Below are positions 23,929-36,620 of a stretch of DNA of 64,000 nt, piece after piece. The translations under genes were made by a program, and so were the position numbers. Under the pieces are notes generated by a model. That model was given only the letters and a program-made list of their open reading frames with translations, made no database searches and was not told the DNA's origin. Origin of the DNA: Octopus sinensis (taxonomy: Eukaryota); contig NC_043023.1 in assembly GCF_006345805.1 (NCBI RefSeq), forward strand, positions 17,174,001 through 17,238,000, in the 5' to 3' direction. Numbering within the stretch: position 1 is the first letter of the stretch; the number at the start of each line of letters is the position of its first letter.

Positions 23929-25482
23929 GTGAGGGGCAAAGGTTAACGCGGAAAAGTCTGTGGGCTTGCAACTGGGCACCTGGAGAGGCAAGCCCATGCC
24001 GTCCAACAGCGTCGTAGGGCGCTGGACAGACGGACCCGTTAAATTGCTCGGGGTCTGGTTCGGTCCGGACCTCTAGGTGGATAAAAACTGGGAAGAGGTG
24101 ACAAGCAGGGTGGCACGTCTCAGCCAGAAATGGGCCGAGAGGAAGCTGTCCCTGAAAGGTCGAGCGGAGGTGGCGAATGCGTACATCGCATCCGTCATCT
24201 ATTACCGCTTGACCGTCGTCGCTTGGCCCAACCGCTGGTTGGCCAAGCTGGTACGCCTGCTCTTCGACTTTTTGTGGAAGGGTCAGGTGCCACTGGTCAG
24301 GCGATCCATCTGCTGTCAACGACCGCTGAACGGAGGCCTTGGCATGCCGTGGTTACTGATGCGCAGACATGCGCTCAGGCTGCGACATCTCAAGCGTTTC
24401 CTAGACGGTGATCAGGTGTGGTCGTCTTTTGTCAGACGCGACTTTCCGCAGCTCGTCTCTTTGACAGAGCTGCAGACCTGGATCAAATGTAGACCGAGAA
24501 AGGGCGCTTGGCACCTCGAGTGCCGTCAAGCTCTCTCCGGCCTCCGCGAGGCGGGCAATGCGATCGGTTTCAGCTCCACTCTAGCGTTCTATAGAGGGTT
24601 AGTGGAGGAAAAATGCGACGTCGTTCTCGGGGAAACTCTAGGCGTTGACGATAGCGAACTGCGCGGTCTGTTCGGGATGACTTTCGGGCCGGGGCCGATG
24701 GACAATTTCCAGAGGTCGCTCGCCTGGCAGTGCTACCGAGGGGCTCTGCCTGTTCGGGATAATCTCTACCGGCATGGTAGTGCCGTCAGCACAGCCTGCC
24801 CGAGGTGTTACCAGGACGACGAAACCGTTCTGCACGCACTCGTTCCGTGCCCGAGTATTGCTGAACTATGGGTTTATGTCGAACAGCTGCTGTCACGTGT
24901 AGGACGGATCCGGCTATCGACCGAATCCATAGTGAAGATTGCCCCGCCGACCACCTTTAACAAGGAGGGCGAGGCCGTTTTCTTGTGCCTAGTGGCTGTG
25001 GCGAATGAGGTTGTATGGTGGACCCGTTTGAAAGGGCTAAAGTCAGACACTTTCCTCATTGGTCAAGGCCTCATCAACTTTTTCAAGTTTCACTTGAAAA
25101 GGAAGATGAGGTTAGAGAGGAGAGTGCTGTCCGATAGCAAGTTTTCTGAAAGGTGGGTGAATTGTGCGAGAATGGCCAGTATAAATGGACCAGTTCTCAG
25201 GTTTCGCCTGTGATTCAAAAAGGTACTATAAAAGGAGAAAAGGGACTCTCTACCCCCATTTTGACCAGGCTCCCGTTGGCTTTTATGGGTTTTTTCCACC
25301 AGGAACCTTTCGAAGCGCCTCCCCCTATTGGGAAATTTTCCTTGTTATATTATTTGATTGTTATACTGTTTTTACACGATTTTTTCACAAACGGACAAAA
25401 CCCTTTGTAACCTTTCGTCCTGTTTTGTCCCTTCATGTTTTCTAATCATGTGTGTCAGCCCTTCTGGCCAATAAAAAAGAAT
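23929..25482 (+). mobile_element. 5'-truncated Tx1/L1-clade LINE (RT C-terminus + zf-RVT)
   Basis: ORF 24077-25213: W..RKLSLKGRA, FLWKG, GGLGMP, LPVRD.L, CPRC...ETVLHAL..C; aataaa(A) 3' end at ~25470. Confidence 0.9.
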
Positions 25483-25630
25483 TAATTATTATTATTATTA
25501 TTCATCATCATCATCAATATTATTATTATTATTGTTATTATTATTACTATTATCTTTTTATCATTATTATCATATTATTATTATTTTTATTTTCATTGTT
25601 AATATTATTATTATTATCATTATAATATTA

Positions 25631-25667
<37 letters not shown>

Positions 25668-25730
25668 CATTATAATTATTATTGTTGTTATTATTATTAT
25701 TATTTATTATTATTATTATTATCATTATTA

Positions 25731-25788
<58 letters not shown>

Positions 25789-26136
25789 CATTATTATTAT
25801 CACCATCATTATTATCATCTTCATTATTATTATTAGTAGTAGTATTATTATTTCATTATTATCATTAATATTTTTATTATTATTATCATTATTATTTTTA
25901 TTATTATTATCATCATCATCATTATTATTATTATTATTGTTATTATTATTACTATTATTATTATCATTATTATCATTATTATTATTATCATCATCATTAT
26001 TATTATTATCATTATCATTATTATTATTATCATTATTATTATTATTTTATTATCATCATTATCATTATTATTATTATCATTATTATTATTGCTATTATTA
26101 TTGTTATTATTACTATTATTATTATTGTTATTGTTG

Positions 26137-26170
<34 letters not shown>

Positions 26171-26193
26171 CATCATCATTATTATCATTATTA

Positions 26194-26227
<34 letters not shown>

Positions 26228-26296
26228 GATTATTATTATTATTATTATTATTATTATCATTATTATTATTACTATTATTATTATTATTATTATTAC

Positions 26297-26335
<39 letters not shown>

Positions 26336-26350
26336 TATTATTATTATTAT
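25483..26350. repeat. Long (ATT/ATC)n microsatellite
   Basis: Directly visible; source of the poly-I/L/Y ORFs. Confidence 0.95.
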
Positions 26351-26433
26351 ATGTATGTATGTATATATATTAGACAGAATGAAATAACAAATCCAAGACC
26401 GTGAGGAATTTTCAGGACATTTATCATGAAATA

Positions 26434-26480
26434 GGCTTACAACTGTTTCTGGGATATCATGGATATTCCTTCATCAGAGA
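26434..26480 (-). ncRNA. Minimal type I hammerhead ribozyme-like motif (Penelope-associated)
   Basis: Reverse complement tctCTGATGAaggaatatccatgatatcccaGAAACagttGTAagcc: intact core and stem II, weak stem I. Confidence 0.55.
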
Positions 26481-27913
26481 ATGTGTGAGAAAATATTTGA
26501 GTTCGAATTATTGTGCAGAAGATAGGGATTATAGTGGGAAATAAGAGAATGAAAATAGAAATAAGATATATAAAGATATTGTAGCTGCAGCTCCATTATT
26601 CAAGGAAAATGGTGTACAGAAGTGGTTAAAAAGTTTCCTGTACATGGTGTGTAAGTTGCAGTAGCAGTTCATGTTTAGTCATTTCAAAGCATTTAGACGT
26701 GGAATTAATGTTGCTCTTTCGAAAGTGGTTTGTGGTGTGAATGAAAATTTGAGAATGTATTGGAAGTGTTTATGGATAGATGGAGGGAGGAAGGAAGTGT
26801 GTGATTAGAAAGAGATTGGAGATAGGTGAAATCTAAAACAGGAAGGGAAAATGAGAGGAAGAAAGACAGAGAGAAAGAAAAAGGGAGAGAGACAAAAACA
26901 CAGAATGAAAGAAAGAAAAAATGTACGTATGTATGTGTATATATACATATAAATAGAAAACCTCTTTTGTCTCCATTCAACTGAATATCCTTCCCACCTT
27001 CTAGCAGTTCAAAAATAACTTAAAGAATATTCTTCAGTCAGAAGATAAATTCTATTACCATAATGTTCTTAAAATTCTAATCAACATCTCTGTCAATATA
27101 TCTACCCTCTCTATAATGTTATCAATTAATATGAAAATATGTATTAATGAAAAACCTCTATAAATGGCTGATGATTGCTCAACATTTTAAAACTGTTGTA
27201 ATACTTACAATGATTAATAAAATGATGTAGCGTGAAACGATCGTATCAAATTACCGAAGATATTCTTGTTGCTTATTTTGATTATAATCACCCCCATGGA
27301 TTTATATGGATAACACCGTGCAAAATTCTAGAGCATCTAACTTAAGTACCATATTCATTTGAATCTAAATTTTGCTGAACATATATATATATACTTTCAC
27401 ACACATACATATCCCAAACAACCGTACACACACACACACACACACACACCTTCCTACATGTCCAGATTCAGAAAGGGTTCCACTTCTATACTTGCAGACA
27501 GACACACATCACTCTTCCCTTATTAACTCCCTCCTTATTGAACTGCATTTCATCCGGTTCCTAACACTTTGTCCGTTTTCTCTCTTTTTCTCTCCCTCTC
27601 ACTCTCATCTTTTATTCTTCTTTCTAACTCCTATTGGCTTTTCCTTTCCTTCTGATGAAAGACTCACCTCTGATGTATATTGTACGTAGGTATGTATGTA
27701 TCTATGTATGTATTCATGTATGTATGTATGTATGTATGTATTTATGTATGTATGTGTGTATGTATGTATGTATGTATGTATGTATGTATGTATGTATGTA
27801 TGTATGTATGTATCTATGTATGTATTTATGTATATATGTATGTATGTGTGTGTGTGTGTGTACGTATGTATCTATGTATGTAAGAATATGCAGTTTCTGG
27901 AATAATATATATT

Positions 27914-27960
27914 CTACTTCAAAATCACTGAGATGACCATGGCTTCGTAAGTAGTTACAG
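27914..27960 (-). CDS. PAN-domain secreted protein, terminal coding exon 6 (SVTTYEAMVISVILK*)
   Basis: ttttttcag| acceptor at 27962-27961; phase matches the preceding exon; TAG at 27916-27914. Confidence 0.6.
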
Positions 27961-28106
27961 CTGAAAAAATATATTGAAAATATTGTTAGAAATTAATGAA
28001 ATTAACTCTAAATTTCAGGATGATTATCACACACACACAACCCCCCACCATATATATATATACATACACACACATACATACATACATACATACATACATA
28101 CATACA

Positions 28107-28138
<32 letters not shown>

Positions 28139-28194
28139 CATATACATACATGCATACACGACCTACAATCTCAATGTGCTGGATCCGCGTACTA

Positions 28195-28677
28195 CCAGAG
28201 CACATGACCACGACCCATAAATACGCCTACTACCAAATCACATGACAACGACCCATAGATCCGCCTACTACCAGAGCACGTGACAACGACCCATAGATCT
28301 GCCTACTCCCAAATCACATGACAACGCCCCATAGATCCGCCTACTACCAGAGCACGTGACCACGACCCTTAGATCCGCCTACCACCAGAGCACGTGAAAA
28401 CGACCCATAGTTCCGCCTACTACCAAAACACATGACAACGACCCATAGACCCACCCACTCCCAGAACACATGACCATGACCCATAGATCCGCCTACTGCC
28501 AAATCACATGACAACGCCCCATAGATCCGCCTACTACCAGAGCACGTGACCACGACCCTTAGATCCGCCTACTACCAGAACACATGACAACGACCCATAG
28601 ATCCATCCACTCCCAGAACACATGACCACAACCCATAGATCCACCCACTACCAGAACACATGACAACGACCCATAGA
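28195..28677. repeat. ~37-bp minisatellite, about 13 copies (ccagagcacatgacaacgacccatagatccgcctacta)
   Basis: Tandem copies directly visible, with no unique spacers. Confidence 0.9.
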
Positions 28678-29140
28678 CGGAGGTCAAAATGCATCCAAGC
28701 GATTGACTTTATCAGATTTATCAAAATTTATCTCAGACATAAAGAAAAAAAACATATTTCACAGTCATACACATGTGTTTCTTTTGAGGTTCAGTGTATA
28801 GCAACACAAACCAACTCTTCATAATCACACGCCAGAGAGCAGGGAAAACAGTTATCAGCACCGTTTCTCCGTAAATTTCCCGAAGAAGTATTCCTTTCCC
28901 CGAAATACTGAAATACTAGAGAAGAGTATAAACCACTGACTTGTATTATTAATATTTTGTTACAACTTGTATTGTTTTGGCTTAAAAGAAAAACTATTTA
29001 AAAGATTTATGTTTATGAGACAATGCTTCTTGAAAACCAGACCTGTGCGCGCATGCACACACGCACACATGCATGCGCACACGCCAACACAGATTTATAC
29101 AATCAATTACACTGAATTCTAGAGGCGATGTTTTACTTAC

Positions 29141-29244
29141 AACCGGTCAGCGTTTTGTCAGAAATATCGTACTCTTCCTTATTTTCACTTTTTCTTTTGA
29201 CTTCTATCCACCATTGGTGATCCATGATGGTAAACTCCGGGTAG
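29141..29244 (-). CDS. PAN-domain secreted protein, coding exon 5 (YPEFTIMDHQWWIEVKRKSENKEEYDISDKTLTG)
   Basis: gtttcag| acceptor, T|gtaagt donor, 104 nt, open frame, phase 2 to phase 1. Confidence 0.65.
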
Positions 29245-29419
29245 CTGAAACTAATATATTACAAATATTACAATTGATAAATTGTTTTCTTATATTTTTG
29301 TTATTTTCTATGTTTACATGGGTTTTTTTAATGTAATCCCACACAAAATCAATTGTACCCTCATCGATCTTTTTGTCAAACCTTAAGGTTCATAACGAAA
29401 ACATTATCATTATTATAAG

Positions 29420-29645
29420 GCAAACAGGCAGAATCTTTAGCATGCCGGATAAAATGCTTAGCAATATTTTGTCCGTCTATACATTCTGATTTCATATTCG
29501 GCCGAGGTCAATTTTGCTTATCACCCTTTCGGAGGTCGTTGAAATAATTACCATTTTGACACTGGTACAGATGACATCGACTAACCCGAACCACCGCCCC
29601 CGCCCCCAACAAACTGTCAGACGTTCTGCCTATAGTGGAAAGGAT
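29420..29645 (+). mobile_element. Degenerate tRNA-derived SINE
   Basis: Family similarity to 490-692, at a similar intronic position. Confidence 0.6.
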
Positions 29646-29793
29646 TATTATTATGGAATTATAATATTATACAACAATAAGACATAAAGTACATCAGTAA
29701 ACTTTCCTTTTATATATACACCGTGAAAGTGTTCAAAAGAACAATTATTAAATAATTAAAGATGTTAGTTATGAGTAAGGAGATGATATATAC

Positions 29794-29933
29794 TTCGCAT
29801 TGAAAGTCACGGTGTGTGGATCCCCCGGCGATGCAATGAGTTTATCTTTCTGGAACCACGATGTAGAATTCGTCCCTTTTCCATTGAAAACGAATGCTAC
29901 AGAAAAAGATCCGCTTTTCACCCGAAATTCCAC
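29794..29933 (-). CDS. PAN-domain secreted protein, coding exon 4 (VEFRVKSGSFSVAFVFNGKGTNSTSWFQKDKLIASPGDPHTVTFNA)
   Basis: tttgcag| acceptor, AA|gtatat donor, 140 nt, phase 0 to phase 2; homologue of 1134-1284. Confidence 0.75.
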
Positions 29934-31314
29934 CTGCAAATAGAAAGTAAACTCGAACAAGTGACAAATCTCAGAGAATGAGGGATGGCAGAGTTGAAGG
30001 AAGAGAAAGGAGACCAGGATATGATATAAGGAGAGAGTAGGAGGGCGAGAATGAGATGGAGAGAACAGTGGCGGGGGAAAGAGTGAGACTTTGAGTGCAG
30101 GAGAAAAAGAGTAGAGAAGACAAGAAATAGGAGGAAGAGGAGGAGAGAGAGAGAGCAGACAGACAGACAGAATGAAGGAAAATGAGAAGACGAGATGCTA
30201 TGTCGCGTTAGAAGTGCAAAATTAAGACAGAAAGTGATTGGGTTTAAGAGGAAAACGTGGCTGACTTACGAGTCAGAGAATCAGACTACTAACTAATGAG
30301 TCATGATTTCAGAGTCTTTCTAAAAGTTTTGTCGCATCTATAGGAACTAGAAAACCCTGACAAAATCAGGATAAATAAAAACAAAAGACAAAAACAGCAA
30401 GAATCGACCCCACATTAAAGACATATCGATGTTCTGTGGAGGAATGAAGAGAGATATCAGGAACGGAAGTAAAGGAGTTGTGACATCACCTCAAGAAAGG
30501 GGCTTTCGATCTGCCTCTTCCTTAGTCAAGACTCTTAGGTGGAGTGGATGCCAGAGGGATAGTAGCTTCTGACCAAATGCTGGGGTAGTGTAGGTGTGAA
30601 GATGTGTCCAACAAGTTCTTTTGACCCTGGTAGAGTGTAGCTTTTCTGAAGTTCGTCTCGAATTAAAAGCATTTTTACTGTCCCATCTACATATTCGTGA
30701 ATTTCATCCTTCCACCTCTTCCTTCTAAAATGCAAGACAAATATTTTTCCTCGCTGACACAGAACCTTCTCATAATCTCTCCCCTTCTTTCTCCACCTCA
30801 TGTCTACTCAACCCTGTATTCCTACACTTATAACCACTCACCATTCTTATTTCGATCTTAGCAGTTAAAACTCTTTGCTATTCTATTTCAAAATATTTAT
30901 TCCTCATCGATCCAAATCAGGTGTTAATTCCTCGCTTTCCAAACTCCTCATTAAATCCCCTTTTCTTCTTAGTTATAATGCTCATAATGCCTTTTAACCT
31001 TCGCGCTTTTCTTACACCAAGCACCGATGACGAGATTGAACCATTCCACATTCTGATCCATTTGTACCAGTCTCTTTCGTAACCTTGAAGTATTCCTCTT
31101 AACACACTGATTCAATATCGAGACACTCTCCGTTATTTTGCTGTCTATGAAATCCCGCGTCTCTGCGATCTGATGACGTTTGTCACATTATGCTATCGTT
31201 CCTGAAGGATAAAAGGCAAAGTCGACCTCGGCGGAAATTGAAACTCGGGAAAATAAGATCCGGAATTAAATACTACGAGCATTGTGTTCTACGCTCTAAT
31301 TATTCTGATTCTTT

Positions 31315-31657
31315 TATAATAATAATAATAAAATAATAATAATAATAATAATATAATAATAATAATAATTAATAATAATAATAAAGAGGAAGAAGAAGAA
31401 GAAAGAAGAAAAGAAGAAGAAGAAGAAGAAGAAGAATAGAGAAGGAAGAAGAAGAGAAGAAGAAGAAGACGATAGAGAAGAAGAAGAATTGGAAGAAAGA
31501 GATAGAAGAAGAAGAATTGGAAGAAGATTGGAAGAAGAAGAAGAAGAAGACAGAAGAAGAAGAAGAAGAAGAAGAAAGAAGAAGAAAGAAGAAGAAGAAA
31601 GAAGAAGAAGAAGAAGAAGAAGAAAAGAAGAAAGAGAGAACGAAGAAGAGAAGAAGA
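31315..31657. repeat. (AAT)n + (GAA)n microsatellite
   Basis: Directly visible. Confidence 0.95.
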
Positions 31658-31849
31658 TGATCGCGTGCAACAGGATGACTGTCTGCAGCAAGGTCGCGCC
31701 CCTGCATGGATGTCAAGCGAGCGAACGCTGCTAATGCGTCAAGGACCCCTTGAAAGGGAACTTGCAAACATCAGGTAAGTAACAATCTATTACCAAAAGA
31801 CAGAAAGGATGCAGGAACCAAAGTAGGGCAACAAAAGATCACCTATTAG

Positions 31850-32550
31850 ATGATAAAATGATAATTAGAAATTGCAGAGGTATATGATTGGAGAAGTGAA
31901 TGTAGCATGGTTAGATTAGAAAAAGCGTATGACATGGTACACCACACAGTTAGATAAGTAAAACAAGGAGCAAGTTTGAAATAGCAAAAAAAAAGCATGG
32001 AGAAAATGCTAAATGAAAGTATGGAACATTGGAATACTGAAATGATCGGAGAAAAATAAAAACCCGGAAAAGTGAACATCAGACGTGGAATATTTCAAGG
32101 TGATAGCTTATCTCCGTTACTATTCGAATTGGCCATGAAAAGTGAAAATTGCTTACGATTTGGTTAAAGGAAATGGTCAGATAAATCATCTCCTTTTCAT
32201 GGACGATACAAAAGTTTATGCGAAAATGAGAAACAGTTTGAAAATCTTGTAAATATTATCGCATTTTCTCAATGACGTTGGTATGGAATTGGGGATAGAA
32301 AAGTGCGCTATATTGAAAATAAAACGAGGAAGATTTGAAAGAAGCCAGGGAATTGAAATACCAAATGGGCAAACAATGGGAGCAGTTGAGAAAGGACAGT
32401 AGTAAAAGTACTTGGGAATACTGAAAGCAGACGAAATAAAAATTGAATGAAACAAACGACCAATTGGGAGTACACAAGGAGAGTAAGAAAATCATTGCAG
32501 TCAAAGCTGAATTCCAAAACCCTTATTAAAGCAAAGATCAGTGTCCTTAA
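31850..32550 (+). mobile_element. Degenerate R4/Dong-clade LINE RT fragment
   Basis: KAYDMVPH, IRRGIFQGDSLSPLLF, INHLLFMDD, GMELGIEKCA and KYLGIL motifs, with stops and frameshifts. Confidence 0.8.
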
Positions 32551-32913
32551 TCAGATACACGGCGAAAATGATGAAAATCTAAATAAAAGGCCGGACCTTA
32601 GTCCCCAAATCTCGCTAGTGAAACAGAAAAAAAGGAGAAATAAATAGGAGAGGAATAGGTTTTTATGCGTCGTGTATAATTTATAGCCACACTCTTGCCG
32701 TCAAAGAAGGAAAATTAGTCTGGATCTACTTCTATCGTGAAAACCCGCCAAAGAAACTTGCTAACCAAAAAGATAGATTTTAAAAATGAAACAAACATCA
32801 AAAACTGAAATTAAACATTTAAAAGAAAACACTAGTAATTATTGTAAAACAGCAACAAATATGTAGATTGGTTATCAAATGAGAATCATCTCGAAATTCT
32901 AAAAATTCATTAC

Positions 32914-33005
32914 CTTTTCAATAGGCATGTCTTCCCAGTACAAATAAATAGGGCTTTTCTTAAATGAGTTTGGGGTTATCTCAAAAACTTTTTGCCAGCT
33001 TGTAC
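32914..33005 (-). CDS. PAN-domain secreted protein copy B, coding exon 3 (TSWQKVFEITPNSFKKSPIYLYWEDMPIEK)
   Basis: tacag| acceptor, AAG|gtaatg donor, 92 nt. Confidence 0.78.
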
Positions 33006-34796
33006 CTGTATCAGCAATAAAAAATGTAAGTATACAAACAAGATGTAAACCCTTAAACGGCGGGAAAGGGTTGCATGAATGTGTGTGACAAACGGGCAAT
33101 AATCGAAAAAATCTCTTTTTCATAAAGCTAATTTATATATTTATTTTCATTAAATTAAGCACAAAAACTAAAATGATTGTCGGTCTTAAACAAATGGAGA
33201 AGAATCGGTGCACTTTTTCCATCCAGAGCTAGTTGAAGCATTATTTGTTTCTATATCATATAAAACATCATTTTCAACATCACCTGCTTTATTTGATGAT
33301 GAAAGAAAATCAGAAAAACACTTCTTCATCGCTGTTTAAATCATCTATTTACGACTGGATTTCTCCCATTGATAAGGGCCGCTTACGCTTAGGCGCATTT
33401 AATTTAGCTTTCGCTCCAGCCTCAACTGATGACGGTCATATCTGTGCAAAAGTTTTGTGACACCAATAGGATTTTAAAGAAAAAGGAGGTGCATTCCAGA
33501 ATTTTCCAGGATTTTTCAGGAAAGACATTTATTTATTTCAAAGAAAGCTGAGTGAACCGCTCCGATTCCTCGTCCCACATCTCGCTCATGATTGTGTTTG
33601 TTGGAAAGCACACTTCTAAGTCATGCAAAGCGATTAACTCGTTCCAGTGGTGTGCCTGAAATTATGATGTTAAAATCCAGAAGGGCAGAATTCGGGATTG
33701 ATTAGGCGAAGAACTGAGATTTCTTAGAATTTACAGTGAGCTCAAAACGTTGATACGCAATGGTGAAATAACTGACAGATTGTTGCAGTTCTAAGCTTGA
33801 GTGACCGAGTGACCACGTTGCCATCGACGAAGTGAAGTTCTGAGATTCGCTTGGAACTGGTAAGATTCTTTGACCGAAACCTCACCAAGCTGAAGAGTCT
33901 TTCATCAAAACGATATCTGATGTCCTTTCCCAGCTGATCCAAGTGAAGTTCATATATCATTGCAGGAAGTTATCGGGAGAAAAGCATAGTAGCGGGTGGG
34001 CAAACTTGTTTCAATCCAGATGTAATTGGGAATTCTTTTGAGAGTCCGTCACGTGGAAGGAAACGTCCAATCATACCATTGCATGATCAGGGAGAAGGAA
34101 TTGATCAAGGGCCGTCCATATGGCTGATCTTGGTACTGTATCAAAAAATTTTTGCAGATCAGAAAAGATAAGAAAAATGCGGTTTTCTTGTTCTCGATAC
34201 TTGTTTTGGAATTGTCTGGCGCAGATCGTGTCTATGGTTCCAAGTAATGCTCGGATAACACACTGGGATTCTGGAAGGATTCTTTCCTAAAATAATAAGT
34301 AGTGTATGAGTCTACGTATGAGTATAGCTTCCTTAATTCTTAAATTACCCACATTTCTTTCACTGGCTCAAGTGTAACTGTTATGCCTTTGTCGGTGTTC
34401 CGGCATCTTTTCTGAAGGAAGAGGCTATCGTGTTAAGATGTTCTTTGATGCGGACGTGAAACGGTTTTTTTGTACTACCCACTTGTTGCATTTGTAACAT
34501 TGTATTCTATACACAAAGTTTACCCGTTGGCATAAATCTATGTCACGGATGGGACAGTTTGTTAGCTTGCATTGATTGTTGTCCCTTGTTCGTTTCTTTG
34601 CGAGCATACATACATAACACATACAAATCTTCGCATAGATACATACATACATACATAAAAACTTATAAACAAAAATACCCTGTTGTTGATGTTGCAATTC
34701 CAGTGAAAGTGCCTGGGTTAAGGTTAGAAACCGGTTCGTTCTCTATTGGCAACAAATCCTGAAAAAACTGAATAATAATATACATACATACATACA

Positions 34797-34827
<31 letters not shown>

Positions 34828-34932
34828 CATACATAAATGTGTGTGTGTGCATGCGTTTGTAAAACAATTGGGATAATGATTAAAATATACAGAAATTAGA
34901 AAAAATATGCCAGAAAATTGTGATTTACATAA

Positions 34933-35265
34933 TGTTTCCTGAGAGTAAAATATACGATAAACATGTGCAATCCTGATCTTTAATTTCTTCGTTGTGAAGC
35001 GATCGATGCATATAACACGGGCCATTACAATAGCTAAAATATTCGCACTCATCGCGGGAAATACACCGAAATGAACATTCTGTAAGAGATGACGCGTCGT
35101 CAGTTGTTTTATTCTGATCAGTTAAGCATTTTGATGTTGTGGTTTTTCTGAAGAGACCTTCTCTATTCGTTGGTTCTCCGGCAGTTACAAGAGTCACGAA
35201 AAGCAAAAGTGTCAAAGCTGGCAGCAGATGAGGCATCGAATGGTACTGAATTGTTGTCTCCATTC
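34933..35265 (-). CDS. PAN-domain secreted protein copy B, coding exon 2 (signal + PAN/Apple-like); donor mutated GT to TT
   Basis: 333 nt, same Cys pattern as copy A; AAC A|ttatgt replaces A|gtatgt; read-through gives GNIM* (stop at 34925). Confidence 0.8.
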
Positions 35266-35285
35266 CTGAAAAATATACAAGTATA

Positions 35286-35331
<46 letters not shown>

Positions 35332-35386
35332 ATATACCATATATATGTATATATACATATATACATACATACACCCACCCATATAT

Positions 35387-35436
<50 letters not shown>

Positions 35437-35500
35437 CATCTATATACGTGAATCTCTATATATACACATTTATATACATTTATATACATATATATACATT

Positions 35501-35532
<32 letters not shown>

Positions 35533-36257
35533 GTTATATACATATATACAGTTATATAACGGGAAGCTTTATGAAAATAGACAAAAGACGAAGGCAGGTT
35601 GGAAACAAACAAACAATTGTATTAGTATGGCGCTCAGGAAATATAAATAAAAGAAGTCTTTAACGTTTCGAGCCTACGCTCTTCAACAGAAAGATACACA
35701 GAGAGAAAAAAAAAACACAGAAAGAAGGAGAGAAACGGTTATATATATACAGTTATATATATATATATACATTTATATGCATGATGATACATGATGGCCG
35801 TCTACTCGTGACTGAGGAAGACCGTTACTGACATTCAGGAACATTGTGCACTCTTGGACTAACTTATATTTTGCATTTGCAGCTCTGTTGGTGGCTAATG
35901 AGAACCCTGCTCTTGACAAGCATACACGACTGCAAACATTGCAAACTAAGCATTCTCTATTCACTACACCAGCCATGCGCTTTCGAGCAGCACGCTTTAA
36001 ATTCTTCATACAGAATATATGCTCTCTCAAAGTGCCGACCCCTTCCTTAACCTACTTCAATCTGTGGCAATGACAAGCATTGCTCTCCTATACTTTCTCC
36101 TGCATATCATAGGACTTCAATGAGGACTTGACACTTTCATTAAATTACAGACTTTTTCCGCTCACAAGTTCCCCGTATAGCATGTGTTTAGGGATCCTGC
36201 TATCCTTCATTCTAATAAGGAGTCTAGAGCAACGTAACCAGTACTTCTGCATCATCA

Positions 36258-36357
36258 NNNNNNNNNNNNNNNNNNNNNNNNNNNNNNNNNNNNNNNNNNN
36301 NNNNNNNNNNNNNNNNNNNNNNNNNNNNNNNNNNNNNNNNNNNNNNNNNNNNNNNNN
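36258..36357. other. Assembly gap (100 N)
   Basis: Run of N; order and orientation across it are uncertain. Confidence 1.
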
Positions 36358-36572
36358 TACAACCATACTACATACATACACACGGACAGACGACATTGAT
36401 GTACAGTGTAAATGATTTGAATAATAATAAAGGACATCATAGACAGGACAGCGTTCAACAGATACGCTGTTAACTTAATGCTTTTATACAAGAGAAAAAC
36501 TCAAGATTTCAGAGGTAAGTCCTTCATCAGCAGGAAAGGAAAAGCCTATAGGAGTTAGAAAGAAGAATAAAA

Positions 36573-36620
<48 letters not shown>

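Larger units (their letters stand above)
32555..36257. repeat. Recent segmental duplicate of ~2870-7050 (introns and two exons)
   Basis: Collinear high-identity alignment by eye from gatac.cggcgaaaatgatg up to the assembly gap. Confidence 0.9.

Noticed and set aside
25570-26404. 240-aa poly-I/L/Y ORF
   Set aside because: (ATT)n microsatellite artefact.
28195-28677. CRISPR-like periodic repeat
   Set aside because: There are no unique spacers or cas genes and the context is eukaryotic; it is a minisatellite.
32555-36257. Idea that copy B is only an uncollapsed haplotype of copy A
   Set aside because: Different SINE insertions, clustered amino-acid changes and a much more diverged exon 4 argue for a true paralogue, though the adjacent gap means this cannot be fully excluded.
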